From: a bacterium | GTDB taxonomy: Bacteria; Actinomycetota; Acidimicrobiia; Spongiisociales; ZC4RG35 | DNA: 64,000 nucleotides | Reading direction: 5' to 3' | Assembly: GCA_028819345.1 (NCBI GenBank) | Contig: JAPPLW010000099.1 | Coordinates: 3,061 to 67,060 of the forward strand | The notes under the pieces: generated by a model | What the model was told of the DNA's origin: nothing | Seen by the model: only the letters and a program-made list of their open reading frames with translations | Database searches by the model: none | Made by a program: the position numbers and the translations under genes | Part shown: positions 48,276 to 57,315 of the stretch, in pieces | How the letters are laid out: every line of letters starts with the position of its first letter | Numbering within the stretch: position 1 is the stretch's first letter

Positions 48276-48659
48276 CTACACCTCGGAGCCGACCCACTCC
48301 ACTATCTCTTCCAGGGAGGAACCGGGAGTGAAGACCCGGGACACCCCCATTGCTTTGAGGCGTTCCACATCCTCCGCGGGGATGACCCCCCCGCCGAAGA
48401 CCGCGATGTGTCCCGCCCCCGCCGAGGACAGGAGTTCCAGAATGGGAGGGAAGATGGACATGTACGCCCCCGACATAACCGACAGGCCTATGGCGTCCAC
48501 GTCTTCCTGGATGGCTGCGGTGACCACCTGCTCGGGAGTCTGGTGAAGCCCGGTGTAGATCACCTCGTGTCCCCCGTCGCGCAGCGCCCGGGACACCACC
48601 TTGGCGCCCCGATCATGGCCGTCCAACCCCGCCTTGGCGATCAAAACCCTTTTTCTCAT
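48276..48659 (-). CDS. cobalamin-binding small subunit of an acyl-CoA mutase (methylmalonyl-CoA mutase C-terminal-domain type)
   Basis: MRKRVLIAKAGLDGHDRGAKVVSRALRDGGHEVIYTG carries the DxHxxG base-off/His-on motif. I prefer ATG 48659; the 13 extra codons of the track ORF (to 48698) have poor third-position GC and overlap the tal start. Confidence 0.8.
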   Translation of the reverse strand: MRKRVLIAKAGLDGHDRGAKVVSRALRDGGHEVIYTGLHQTPEQVVTAAIQEDVDAIGLSVMSGAYMSIFPPILELLSSAGAGHIAVFGGGVIPAEDVERLKAMGVSRVFTPGSSLEEIVEWVGSEV

Positions 48660-48696
48660 CTGCCCAAGGGTAGAAACCGCCATTACCATCCATTTC

Positions 48697-49809
48697 ATGG
48701 CTGTTTCTCCCCTTCAGGCCCTCACCCTCGCCGGGCAGAGCATCTGGGCTGATCAGATCTCCCGGTCCATGCTGGACAGCGGGGAACTCGCCCGACGGGT
48801 CAGCCGCCAGCACATAACCGGGGTCACCTCCAATCCCTCCATCTTCGCGGCGGCCATCACCAAGAGCGCCGACTACGACGCCGAGATGGCTCGCCTGATC
48901 GGGGAAGGCTTGGATCCCGAGGAGACGTACGCGGAACTCATCACCCGCGACATCACGGATGCCTGTGACGTGCTTAGAGCCGTGCACAGAGAGAGTGGCG
49001 GAGCCGACGGCTTTGTGTCCGTGGAAGTTTCGCCCGAACTGGCGGCGGACACCGCGGCAACCGTCGCAGAAGCGCGGGAGTGGGTGAAGCGGGTGAGCCG
49101 CCCCAACCTGCTGGTGAAGGTCCCCGCCACACTCCAGGGCATCCCCGCCATTCGCCGGCTGACCGGAGAGGGGATCTCGGTGAACGTAACCCTGATCTTC
49201 TCGCTGCAGCGATACCGGGAGGTGATGGACGCCTACCTCAGCGGATTGGAGGACTTTTCCGCGGTGGGAGGAAACCTGCGGGAAGTGGCGTCGGTGGCGT
49301 CGTTCTTCGTGTCCAGGGTCGACACCGAGGTGGACCGCCGGTTGGAGGATGACGGCGGCGCCGAGGCGCTGGCCCTTCGGGGGAAGGCGGCGATTGCCAA
49401 TGCCCAGGCGGCCTACGGGGAGTTCCTCTCGGCGTTCTCCGGCAGCCGATGGGACCGCCTGGCAGAACAGGGAGCCCGCATACAACAGCCGCTGTGGGCT
49501 TCCACTTCCACCAAGAACCCGGCCTATTCGGACACCCTGTACGTGGATACCCTGGTCTCCCCCCACACGGTCAACACCTTGCCCCTGTCCACCATCGAAG
49601 CCTACGCCGACCATGGCTCACCCCGCCCCTCCATCTTCGGGCCTGAGGAGATCGCGCTGGCCCGAACCCTTCTGGAACAAATGGAGAGCGTCGGAATCGA
49701 CTACCAGGACGTGGTGGAAACCCTGGAGGCCGAGGGCGTGCAGAAGTTCGCCGACTCATTCAGAGAACTGCAGAGCCACATCGAGGCAAAGTACGCCGAA
49801 CTCTCCTGA
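48697..49809 (+). CDS. tal: transaldolase (actinobacterial long type)
   Basis: MAVSPLQALTLAGQSIWADQISRSML...GVTSNPSIF...LLVKVPAT (Schiff-base Lys region). The track ORF is trimmed to ATG 48697. TACCAT ends 7 nt upstream of the ATG and there is no Shine-Dalgarno, so the transcript may be leaderless. Confidence 0.9.
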   Translation: MAVSPLQALTLAGQSIWADQISRSMLDSGELARRVSRQHITGVTSNPSIFAAAITKSADYDAEMARLIGEGLDPEETYAELITRDITDACDVLRAVHRESGGADGFVSVEVSPELAADTAATVAEAREWVKRVSRPNLLVKVPATLQGIPAIRRLTGEGISVNVTLIFSLQRYREVMDAYLSGLEDFSAVGGNLREVASVASFFVSRVDTEVDRRLEDDGGAEALALRGKAAIANAQAAYGEFLSAFSGSRWDRLAEQGARIQQPLWASTSTKNPAYSDTLYVDTLVSPHTVNTLPLSTIEAYADHGSPRPSIFGPEEIALARTLLEQMESVGIDYQDVVETLEAEGVQKFADSFRELQSHIEAKYAELS

Positions 49810-49856
49810 CCCGGGCTCCGCCCGCAGGTAATCCCGCCGAGGCGATCGACCGGTTC

Positions 49857-51869
49857 CTACTCGGAGACCGCCACCATCAGGACGTAGGAGCCCTCACCGT
49901 AACCCGACACCTCAACATAGAACTCCCCGGACTCCGGAGCCCTCCACAACAAACGAGAAGCCAAAGAACCATCCCCCCGGTCATCATTGTAATCCAGCGA
50001 ATGTCCATCGGCGTTGTAGACCTCCACCACCGAATCGGCAAGAGTGCCCAGGTCCACCTCTACCTCGTACAACTCACCCTCCACCGCCTCGAACACGAAG
50101 TAATCCACATCCCCGCCATAGTCCAAAACCCCCTCCACAGACTCCCCCAACCCCACCCGGGCCGCTCCCACCACCCAATCAGCAAAGTCGTCCACAATGT
50201 CGGAGACCCCCACCGTCAGCGTGTAGGAGCCCTCACCGTAACCCGACACCTCAACATAGAACTCCCCGGACTCCGGAGCCCTCCACAACAAACGAGAAGC
50301 CAAAGAACCATCCCCCCGGTCATCGTTGAAGCCCAACTCCCACCTATCGAGGTAAACCGCCACCACCGAATCCCCCAGAGTGCCCAAAGCCACGTCCATC
50401 TCATACAAGTCACCCTCCTCCGCCTCGAACACGAAGTAATCCAAATCTCCGTCATAGTCCAGCACCCCCTCCACAGACTCATCCAACACGATCCGGGCCG
50501 CACCCTCCACCCCATCACCAAAGTCGTCGACGACATCGATCAACCCCAACCTCAGTGTGTAGGAGCCCTCACCGCGACCCGACACCTCCACATAGAACTC
50601 CCCGGACTCCGGAGCCCTCCACAACAAACGAGGAGCCGGGAAACCATCCCGCCGGTCATCGTTGTATCCCAACAAAAACCGCGCGGCGTCGTAGACAATC
50701 ACGAACGATTCGGAAAGAGTGCCCAGATCCACATCGATCTCATACAACGCGCCCTCTGTCGCCTCGAAGGCAAAGTAATCGAGATCCCCCGGGTAGTCCA
50801 ACACTCCCTCCACAGACTCATCCAACGCGACTCCGAACGCCCCTTCCACCCCATCACCAAAGTCGTCGACGACATCGATCAGCCCCAACCTCAGCGTGTA
50901 GGAGCCCACCGAAAAGGAGTCCTCACCGAAACCCGACACCTCCACGTAGTAGTCCCCGGACTCAGGAGCCCTCCACACGATTCGCGAACCCAAGGATCCA
51001 TCCCCCCGGTCGTCGTTGTAATCCAGCGGGAATCCGTCGGCGTCGGCAATCGCCACGACCGAATCGTGAAGAGTGCCCAGGTCCACCTCTACCTCATACA
51101 CCTCACCCCCTGTCGCCTCGAACATAAAAACGTCCACGTCCCCCTGAAAATCAATCCCGCCCTCCACGGCCTCCCCCACCACCAAACGAGCCGCGCCCAC
51201 CACCCCGTCGGCATAATCGTCCGGTCCCTCCACACCGGCATCGAGCAGTTCGGGTAGGCACCTCAGCAAACCGGCCATCATCTCAAACAGTTGGGCTGCG
51301 CCTTCGGCCCCGGCGGCGTCGTCGGAAGCACCGTTCTCCGAAGTCAAAAAGGAGGTGAGGGCGGCCACATCCATCTCGCCGACCACCTCCCGCAAGCAGG
51401 CTTCCTGCTCTTCTGTCACCTGAATTCCGTCGTCCTCCATTCCCAGCACCATGCCGGCCAGGAAGACGGCCCTTACGACCTGGGGAGGGAGGCATGGGAG
51501 CACTGCCAACTCCTGCGGGCCGACGTCATCCTCGTCCAGGATCGGCTGCCTCAACACCCAGTCCAACTCCGCTCCAACCGCGTTGGTGACACAAGCCTGC
51601 TCGGCGGGGGTCAGAGCGTCGAACACATCTCGCCAGACCATGTCGCGTCCGATTTCCAAGTCTCCGGCGCCGGTAGGGGCCTCAGGGGCCGTGGTCGGCG
51701 GGGTGGTGGTGGGCGGCGATTGGGTCGTGGTTGTGGTCAGCGGCGTGGTGGTGGTCGACGGCCGGGTCGTGGTCGTCGTCGATTGCAAGGTCGTGGAGGA
51801 AGGCTCGGCTGCGGGTTTCTGCTCGTCACCGCAGGCCCCCACCAGCACCGCTGCTATCAAGCACAGCAA
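49857..51869 (-). CDS. acidic secreted lipoprotein: Thr/Pro linker, duplicated 2-Cys module, four tandem PPC (pre-peptidase C-terminal)-like domains
   Basis: 670 aa. LIAAVLVGAC lipobox, TTTTTRPSTTTTPLTTTTTQSPPTTTPPTT linker, then 4 repeats of about 112-115 aa with ...GDLDYFxFEAxEGxLYExDVxLGTL.DS...YNDDRGDGSLASRLLWRAPESGEFYVEVSGYGEGSYTL. The start codon is TTG. The in-frame upstream residues (KYRPPRIA) would complete a signal n-region, but I see no standard start codon there. Confidence 0.8.
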   Translation of the reverse strand: MLCLIAAVLVGACGDEQKPAAEPSSTTLQSTTTTTRPSTTTTPLTTTTTQSPPTTTPPTTAPEAPTGAGDLEIGRDMVWRDVFDALTPAEQACVTNAVGAELDWVLRQPILDEDDVGPQELAVLPCLPPQVVRAVFLAGMVLGMEDDGIQVTEEQEACLREVVGEMDVAALTSFLTSENGASDDAAGAEGAAQLFEMMAGLLRCLPELLDAGVEGPDDYADGVVGAARLVVGEAVEGGIDFQGDVDVFMFEATGGEVYEVEVDLGTLHDSVVAIADADGFPLDYNDDRGDGSLGSRIVWRAPESGDYYVEVSGFGEDSFSVGSYTLRLGLIDVVDDFGDGVEGAFGVALDESVEGVLDYPGDLDYFAFEATEGALYEIDVDLGTLSESFVIVYDAARFLLGYNDDRRDGFPAPRLLWRAPESGEFYVEVSGRGEGSYTLRLGLIDVVDDFGDGVEGAARIVLDESVEGVLDYDGDLDYFVFEAEEGDLYEMDVALGTLGDSVVAVYLDRWELGFNDDRGDGSLASRLLWRAPESGEFYVEVSGYGEGSYTLTVGVSDIVDDFADWVVGAARVGLGESVEGVLDYGGDVDYFVFEAVEGELYEVEVDLGTLADSVVEVYNADGHSLDYNDDRGDGSLASRLLWRAPESGEFYVEVSGYGEGSYVLMVAVSE
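49860..51221 (-). repeat. four tandem in-frame coding repeats (~336-345 bp each) inside the lipoprotein gene
   Basis: Repeat units are roughly 49860-50201, 50202-50537, 50538-50876 and 50877-51221. A 102-bp stretch is identical between 49884-49985 and 50223-50324 (aligned by eye). The other two copies are diverged. Confidence 0.85.
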
Positions 51870-52071
51870 GGCAATCCTTGGAGGGCGGTATTTGAGTGCC
51901 GGATGTCTGCGAATGTCAGCGGTTCCCGGGAGTCGTGTCGTTGCTGCACACTCTAGATTGGGATGTCTCGCCAGGCCGGGTTTGGCCGCGTAGCATCGAT
52001 CTTGAGGAAAAGCTCTCAGCCGGTGAGTCTGCGGTGCGGGCCTGTTCCCTTACGGCTCGCAGGCCCCAGCT

Positions 52072-54315
52072 TCATCCGTAACGGGAGGCCGCGTCGGGTC
52101 CGAATCCCTCCATCTTCTCCACCGCCGAGAGCATGAGTTCCCGCTGAGCCTTCAGATCCGGGAAGAAGATGGTGGCAGAGGCGCGGGCGCCCTGGCCGGA
52201 GATGGTCAGCACCCTTCCCACTCCCAGGGTTGAGTGGCGAACCCGATCTCCCACCTCGACCCCCGACTGGCTCACGATCCGCCGGAACGGACGCCCTCCG
52301 TCGACCAAGGAATGAGATCGCCCTCCGGAAGATCCCCTCCGCGCCCACTTTCGGGAGCCGGAGGAATCGCGGCCCCCGACATGAACCACCAAGCGTTCGG
52401 GGATCTCTCGTAAAAAACGGCTGGGAATCTGCGGGTACGGGTACCCCCCCACCATGCGGGTGTCGTCCCAACTGAGATGAAGCCTTTCCATGGAGCGGGT
52501 GATCGCCACGTAGAAGAGTCGCCGCTCCTCTTCCAGTTGGTCCGGATCGGAGAGGCTGCGCTCGTGGGGGAGCAGCCCATCCTGCATGCCCACCACGAAC
52601 ACCGCCGGGAACTCCAGTCCCTTGGCGCTGTGGACGGTCATCAACGCCACCGCTCCGGCGCCATCGTCGAGATTGTCGGGATCCGACACCAGCGAGGCTC
52701 CCTCCAGAAACCGACCGAGTCGCTCCAACGGCGCCAGGTCCTCCTCGAAGTCGGATTCAAACTCGTACGCCACCCGGGAGAGTTCAGCCAGGTTGTCAGA
52801 GCGGCTCTCCGCTTCTATGCCCCCCTCGGCAGTCGCCATCTCCGCCAGTCCCGTGTCGAAAATGGCGCTTTCGGTGGCTCGCCCCACCCCATCGGACTCA
52901 AGATGTCTCCTGATGGCGGCCAAAACATCCGCCAGTTGTTGCACTCCCTTACGCGCCCGGGTCGAGATCCCGGGAATCTCATCGGCCCTGTCCAAGCCCT
53001 CCCGCAGGCTCACCTCCTCCGTTGAGACAAAACGCTCCAGGTGACCCAGTGAGGTTCGCCCGATCCCCCTCCGAGGGGTGTTGATGATTCTCCGCAGCGC
53101 CACCCCGTCATCGGGGTTGGCCACCACCTGCAGGTAGGCCACCACATCCTTCACCTCCCGGCGTTGGTAGAACGCCACCGCTCCCACCACCTGATATGGC
53201 ACCTTGGACCGCCGTAGCGCCTCTTCGAAGGCGCGTGACTGGGCGTTGGTCCGGTAGAACACCGCCATGTCTCCCGGGTTGTAGCCCTCCGCCAGCAGTT
53301 CCCGAACCCGGTTGGACACGAATCGAGACTCCCGCACCGCTCCCGCCCCCTGATGCACGATGATCTGTTCCCCATCATGCTGATCACACCACAGGTCCTT
53401 GGGGTCGGAGCGCAGATTGGCGCTGATGACCTCGTTGGCGGCATCGAGGATGGTGGAGGTCGACCGGTAGTTGCGGTTGAGTATCACCCGGCGGGCCTCG
53501 GGAAAGTCTTCATCGAAACGATCGAAGTTCCGATAGTCTGCCCCGCGGAAGGCGTAGATGGACTGATCGCTGTCCCCCACCACGAACAGGCTCCTATGGC
53601 ATTTAGCCAAATCCCGGACCAGCAGGTACTGGGCGTGATTGGTGTCCTGGTATTCGTCTACCAGCACGTGACCGAAGATGCCCTGGTACTTCTCCAGCAC
53701 CTCGGGAACCGCGCCGAACAATTCCACGGTCACCATGAGCAGATCGTCGAAGTCCATGGCCGACATCTGGAGAAGGCGCTGCTGGTAGAGCCGGTAGACC
53801 TCCGCCACCTCGACGGGACCGTCTGTCCGGTCCAGGAAGGTCTCGTAGTCCACCAGATCGTTCTTGGCCTCGCTGATCTTGTTCAGGAGTCCCCGGGGGG
53901 ACAGACGACTGGCGTCCAACCCCAAGTCGTTGAGGCAGTGCCTTACGAGACGCACCGAGTCGGAACGGTCGTATATGGAGAAGTTCGACCGGTAACCGAA
54001 GGCATGCGCCTCGCGACGCAGGATGCGTGCACAGGCCGAGTGAAAAGTGGAAACCCACATGTCGTTCACCGTCGCCCCCAGGAGTCCCCCCACCCTCTCC
54101 CGCATCTCCCGGGCGGCCTTGTTGGTGAAGGTGATGGCCAGGATGGAGCCGGGTCTGACTCCCAACTCCCTGATCAGATAGGCTATGCGATGAGCCAGCA
54201 CCCGGGTCTTACCCGACCCGGCTCCCGCCACCACCATCACCGGACCCCCCGCAATGGTCACCGCGGCCCTCTGTTCACGATTCAAGTCCTCCAGGAGCGG
54301 ATGGGAGCCGATCAT
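52072..54315 (-). CDS. pcrA: ATP-dependent DNA helicase PcrA/UvrD (SF1)
   Basis: 747 aa. LNREQRAAVTIAGGPVMVVAGAGSGKTRVL (motif I), VDEYQDTN (motif II) and later SF1 motifs. Confidence 0.92.
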   Translation of the reverse strand: MIGSHPLLEDLNREQRAAVTIAGGPVMVVAGAGSGKTRVLAHRIAYLIRELGVRPGSILAITFTNKAAREMRERVGGLLGATVNDMWVSTFHSACARILRREAHAFGYRSNFSIYDRSDSVRLVRHCLNDLGLDASRLSPRGLLNKISEAKNDLVDYETFLDRTDGPVEVAEVYRLYQQRLLQMSAMDFDDLLMVTVELFGAVPEVLEKYQGIFGHVLVDEYQDTNHAQYLLVRDLAKCHRSLFVVGDSDQSIYAFRGADYRNFDRFDEDFPEARRVILNRNYRSTSTILDAANEVISANLRSDPKDLWCDQHDGEQIIVHQGAGAVRESRFVSNRVRELLAEGYNPGDMAVFYRTNAQSRAFEEALRRSKVPYQVVGAVAFYQRREVKDVVAYLQVVANPDDGVALRRIINTPRRGIGRTSLGHLERFVSTEEVSLREGLDRADEIPGISTRARKGVQQLADVLAAIRRHLESDGVGRATESAIFDTGLAEMATAEGGIEAESRSDNLAELSRVAYEFESDFEEDLAPLERLGRFLEGASLVSDPDNLDDGAGAVALMTVHSAKGLEFPAVFVVGMQDGLLPHERSLSDPDQLEEERRLFYVAITRSMERLHLSWDDTRMVGGYPYPQIPSRFLREIPERLVVHVGGRDSSGSRKWARRGSSGGRSHSLVDGGRPFRRIVSQSGVEVGDRVRHSTLGVGRVLTISGQGARASATIFFPDLKAQRELMLSAVEKMEGFGPDAASRYG

Positions 54316-54316
54316 C

Positions 54317-55855
54317 TCACTCCCATTCGATCGTGGCGGGAGGCTTGGAGGAGACGTCGTAGAGCACCCGATTGATTCCCTCTACCTCGCCGATCACCCG
54401 CCGGGAGATGTTGGAGAGCACCGGATACGGAAGCCGGGCCCAGTCCGCCGTCATCGCCTCGTCGCTTTCCACCGCCCGCACCACCAGCGGGTAGGCGTAG
54501 GTGCGCCCGTCTCCTTGGACTCCCACCGAACGTATGGCGGGCAGGACCCCGAACACCTGCCACAGGTGGCGGTACAGACCCGCTCTTCGGATCTCGTCTA
54601 TTACTATCGCGTCGGCCCTGCGCAGCAGGTCGAGCCGCTCGGTGGTGACCTCACCGATGATGCGAATCGCCAGACCCGGGCCCGGAAAGGGGTGGCGCCA
54701 GACTATCTCCTCCGGCAGGCCCAACTGCTCTCCCACCGCACGTACTTCATCTTTGAACAGGTCCCGAAGGGGCTCCACCAACTCCAGCCTCATGTGCTCG
54801 GGGAGCCCACCCACGTTGTGGTGGCTCTTGATCACCGCCGCGTCCCCGCCTCCCGACTCGATCACATCGGGATACAGCGTTCCCTGCACCAGATAACTAC
54901 ACCCCGAGAGACGGTCGGAGACCTCCTCGAACACCTTGATGAAGGTCTCGCCGATGATCTTCCGCTTGGCCTCGGGGTCGGTCACTCCCGAGAGGGCGGC
55001 CAGAAAGCGCTCCTGAGCCTTGACATGGATCAGGTTTGTGGAGAAGTTGTCGCCGAACACCTCCTCCACCTGTTCGGGCTCGTCCTGGCGGAGCAGTCCA
55101 TGATCCACGAACACACAGGTGAGGCGATCTCCGATGGCCCGGTGCACAAGGGCCGCCGCCACCGCAGAGTCCACTCCCCCCGACAGCCCGCACACTGCCC
55201 GGGACTCTCCGATCTGTTGGCTTATGTTCCGTACTTCTCTCTCGATGATCGACTGCGCCGTCCAGGAAGCCTGCACCCCACAGGCCTCGTAGAGAAACCT
55301 CTTCAACACCTCGATTCCCTTCGGAGTGTGGGTTACCTCAGGATGGAACTGCACCCCGTAGAAACCACGGTGGCGGTCCTCCATCGCCGCCACCGAGGCG
55401 CCGGGAGTCCGGGCGGTGACGGAGAAGCCACCGGGCGCCTCCACCACTGCGTCGCGATGGCTCATCCACACCTCGGAGACTTCCGGAAAACCCTCAAGCA
55501 GAAGTGACGAACCCGCCAACTGCATCGTCGTGTTCCCGAACTCGCCCCCGCCGGTGGCGGCCACCCTCCCTCCCAGCAATTCGGCGATGAGTTGATGCCC
55601 GTAGCAGATCCCCAACACCGGGACTCCCAACTCCAGCAACCCGGGGTCGATGGAGACCGCATCGGGCGAGTAGACGGACGCCGGCCCACCCGAGAGAACG
55701 ATTCCGGACGGGGAACGCTCTCTTGCCTCCTCCGCGGTGATCCGGGCGGGCACGATCTCCGAGTGGACCCGCGCCTCCCTGATGCGGCGGGCGATCAGAC
55801 GAGCGTACTGAGCCCCCAGATCCACCACCAGTACATTGTCGGTGGAAGCGGTCAA
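54317..55855 (-). CDS. guaA: GMP synthase (glutamine-hydrolysing)
   Basis: 512 aa. GATase domain (LGICYGHQL), ATP-PPase P-loop ([11 protein letters not shown]), C-terminal KPPATIEWE. Confidence 0.95.
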   Translation of the reverse strand: MTASTDNVLVVDLGAQYARLIARRIREARVHSEIVPARITAEEARERSPSGIVLSGGPASVYSPDAVSIDPGLLELGVPVLGICYGHQLIAELLGGRVAATGGGEFGNTTMQLAGSSLLLEGFPEVSEVWMSHRDAVVEAPGGFSVTARTPGASVAAMEDRHRGFYGVQFHPEVTHTPKGIEVLKRFLYEACGVQASWTAQSIIEREVRNISQQIGESRAVCGLSGGVDSAVAAALVHRAIGDRLTCVFVDHGLLRQDEPEQVEEVFGDNFSTNLIHVKAQERFLAALSGVTDPEAKRKIIGETFIKVFEEVSDRLSGCSYLVQGTLYPDVIESGGGDAAVIKSHHNVGGLPEHMRLELVEPLRDLFKDEVRAVGEQLGLPEEIVWRHPFPGPGLAIRIIGEVTTERLDLLRRADAIVIDEIRRAGLYRHLWQVFGVLPAIRSVGVQGDGRTYAYPLVVRAVESDEAMTADWARLPYPVLSNISRRVIGEVEGINRVLYDVSSKPPATIEWE

Positions 55856-57009
55856 CCCGTCTCCATCTGCTCCGACCGCAGCGACCCCTTGCCCTCGGTC
55901 AGGAAGGTAGGGGCGATCACCACCTCCGCCTTCTGGAATTCGGAGATGTTCGAGTAGCCGGTGGTGGACATGGACCTACGGAGGGCGCCCATCAGGTTGG
56001 TGCGGCCATCGCTCTCCACCGCCGGACCGAGCATGATCTCCTCAAGCGTCCCGCGGGTGGGGACCTTGATCCTCGATCCGCGTGGCAGGGCTGGATGGAA
56101 GGACGACATGCCCCAGTGGTATCCGGACCCGGGGGCTTCGCGGGCCGCCGCCAGGGGCGAGCCCAGCATCACCGCGTCCGCTCCGCAGGCGATCGCCTTG
56201 GCGATCTCCCCGCCGGTCCGCATCCCCCCATCGGCGATGACATGCACGTACCTTCCGGTCTCCAGAAGGTACTGAACCCGTGCTCCGGCCGCGTCGGCTA
56301 TGGCCGTGGCCTGGGATACGCCCACTCCCAGGGACCCGCGGGTTGCGCTGGCCGCTCCCGGGCCCACTCCCACCAGTATCCCCACCGCGCCGGTGCGCAT
56401 CAGGTGACTGGCCATCGAGTAAGAAGAGCAACCTCCCACCACCACCGGCACCGGCGACTCGGCGATGAACTTCTTGAGGTTCAAGGGCTCGGTACGGGTC
56501 GAGACGTGTTCGGCCGACACGACCGTTCCCTGTATCACCAGCAGGTCCAGCCCCGCCTCCACGGCGGTGGGAGCGTATTGAAGTGTGTTCTGGGGCGTCA
56601 GGCTGGCGGCCGAGATGAAGCCGGCATCCCGTATCTGACGGATGCGCTCGGCCACCAGGTCCCTCTTGATCGGCTCCCGGTAGACCTCCTGCAGAACCGC
56701 GGTGGCGCGGTCGGATGGAGTCGAGATGATCTCGGTGTAGATGGGGTCCGGATCCCGGTAGCGAGTCCATAGTCCCTGCAGGTTCAAGACCCCCAAACCA
56801 CCCAGCCTGCCCACTTCGATAACCGTGGCGGGACTCATGGTGGAATCCATCGCCGCTCCCATCACGGGCGCCGAGAAACGGTAGGCGTCCAGTTGCCAAC
56901 CGAGATCCACGTCATCGGGATCCCGCGTGCGGCGCGTGGGGACGATGGCGATCTCATCGAGCCCGTATACCCGCCGGGCACTCTTGCCTATGCCGATGTC
57001 GATTTGCAT
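55852..57009 (-). CDS. guaB3: GuaB3-type IMP dehydrogenase-related protein (no CBS pair)
   Basis: 385 aa. [44 protein letters not shown]...[28 protein letters not shown]. 4-nt overlap with guaA. Confidence 0.85.
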   Translation of the reverse strand: MQIDIGIGKSARRVYGLDEIAIVPTRRTRDPDDVDLGWQLDAYRFSAPVMGAAMDSTMSPATVIEVGRLGGLGVLNLQGLWTRYRDPDPIYTEIISTPSDRATAVLQEVYREPIKRDLVAERIRQIRDAGFISAASLTPQNTLQYAPTAVEAGLDLLVIQGTVVSAEHVSTRTEPLNLKKFIAESPVPVVVGGCSSYSMASHLMRTGAVGILVGVGPGAASATRGSLGVGVSQATAIADAAGARVQYLLETGRYVHVIADGGMRTGGEIAKAIACGADAVMLGSPLAAAREAPGSGYHWGMSSFHPALPRGSRIKVPTRGTLEEIMLGPAVESDGRTNLMGALRRSMSTTGYSNISEFQKAEVVIAPTFLTEGKGSLRSEQMETG

Positions 57010-57315
57010 CCGAGACTCCGCAACTCCCTAGCCACCCACAAGGCTACCAACCGCCAACCTTGTTTCTCGTCAAGGATGGAGACGCCCAGTGACAGTTCCA
57101 CCCTCTCTTCTCATGTAATTCCGGCCGTCTAGACAGTCACGACCTCTTCATCGTTGTCCATATCGTGTTCTATATCGATCGTCACAGTTGCAGGGATCCG
57201 GGTATCATCATCCGTGGCGACTTTCGCGAGGGTCAGGAGCAGGCCGACGTGCCGAAACATGGACACCTGCACCCATAAACCCTTGGGGCATCGTGGTAGC
57301 CACCTTGGAGCAGGC

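Noticed and set aside
49860-51221. Tandem ~340-bp repeats as a possible CRISPR array or satellite
   Set aside because: The units are far too long. They are contiguous without spacers, in frame, and encode a recognisable protein-domain repeat.
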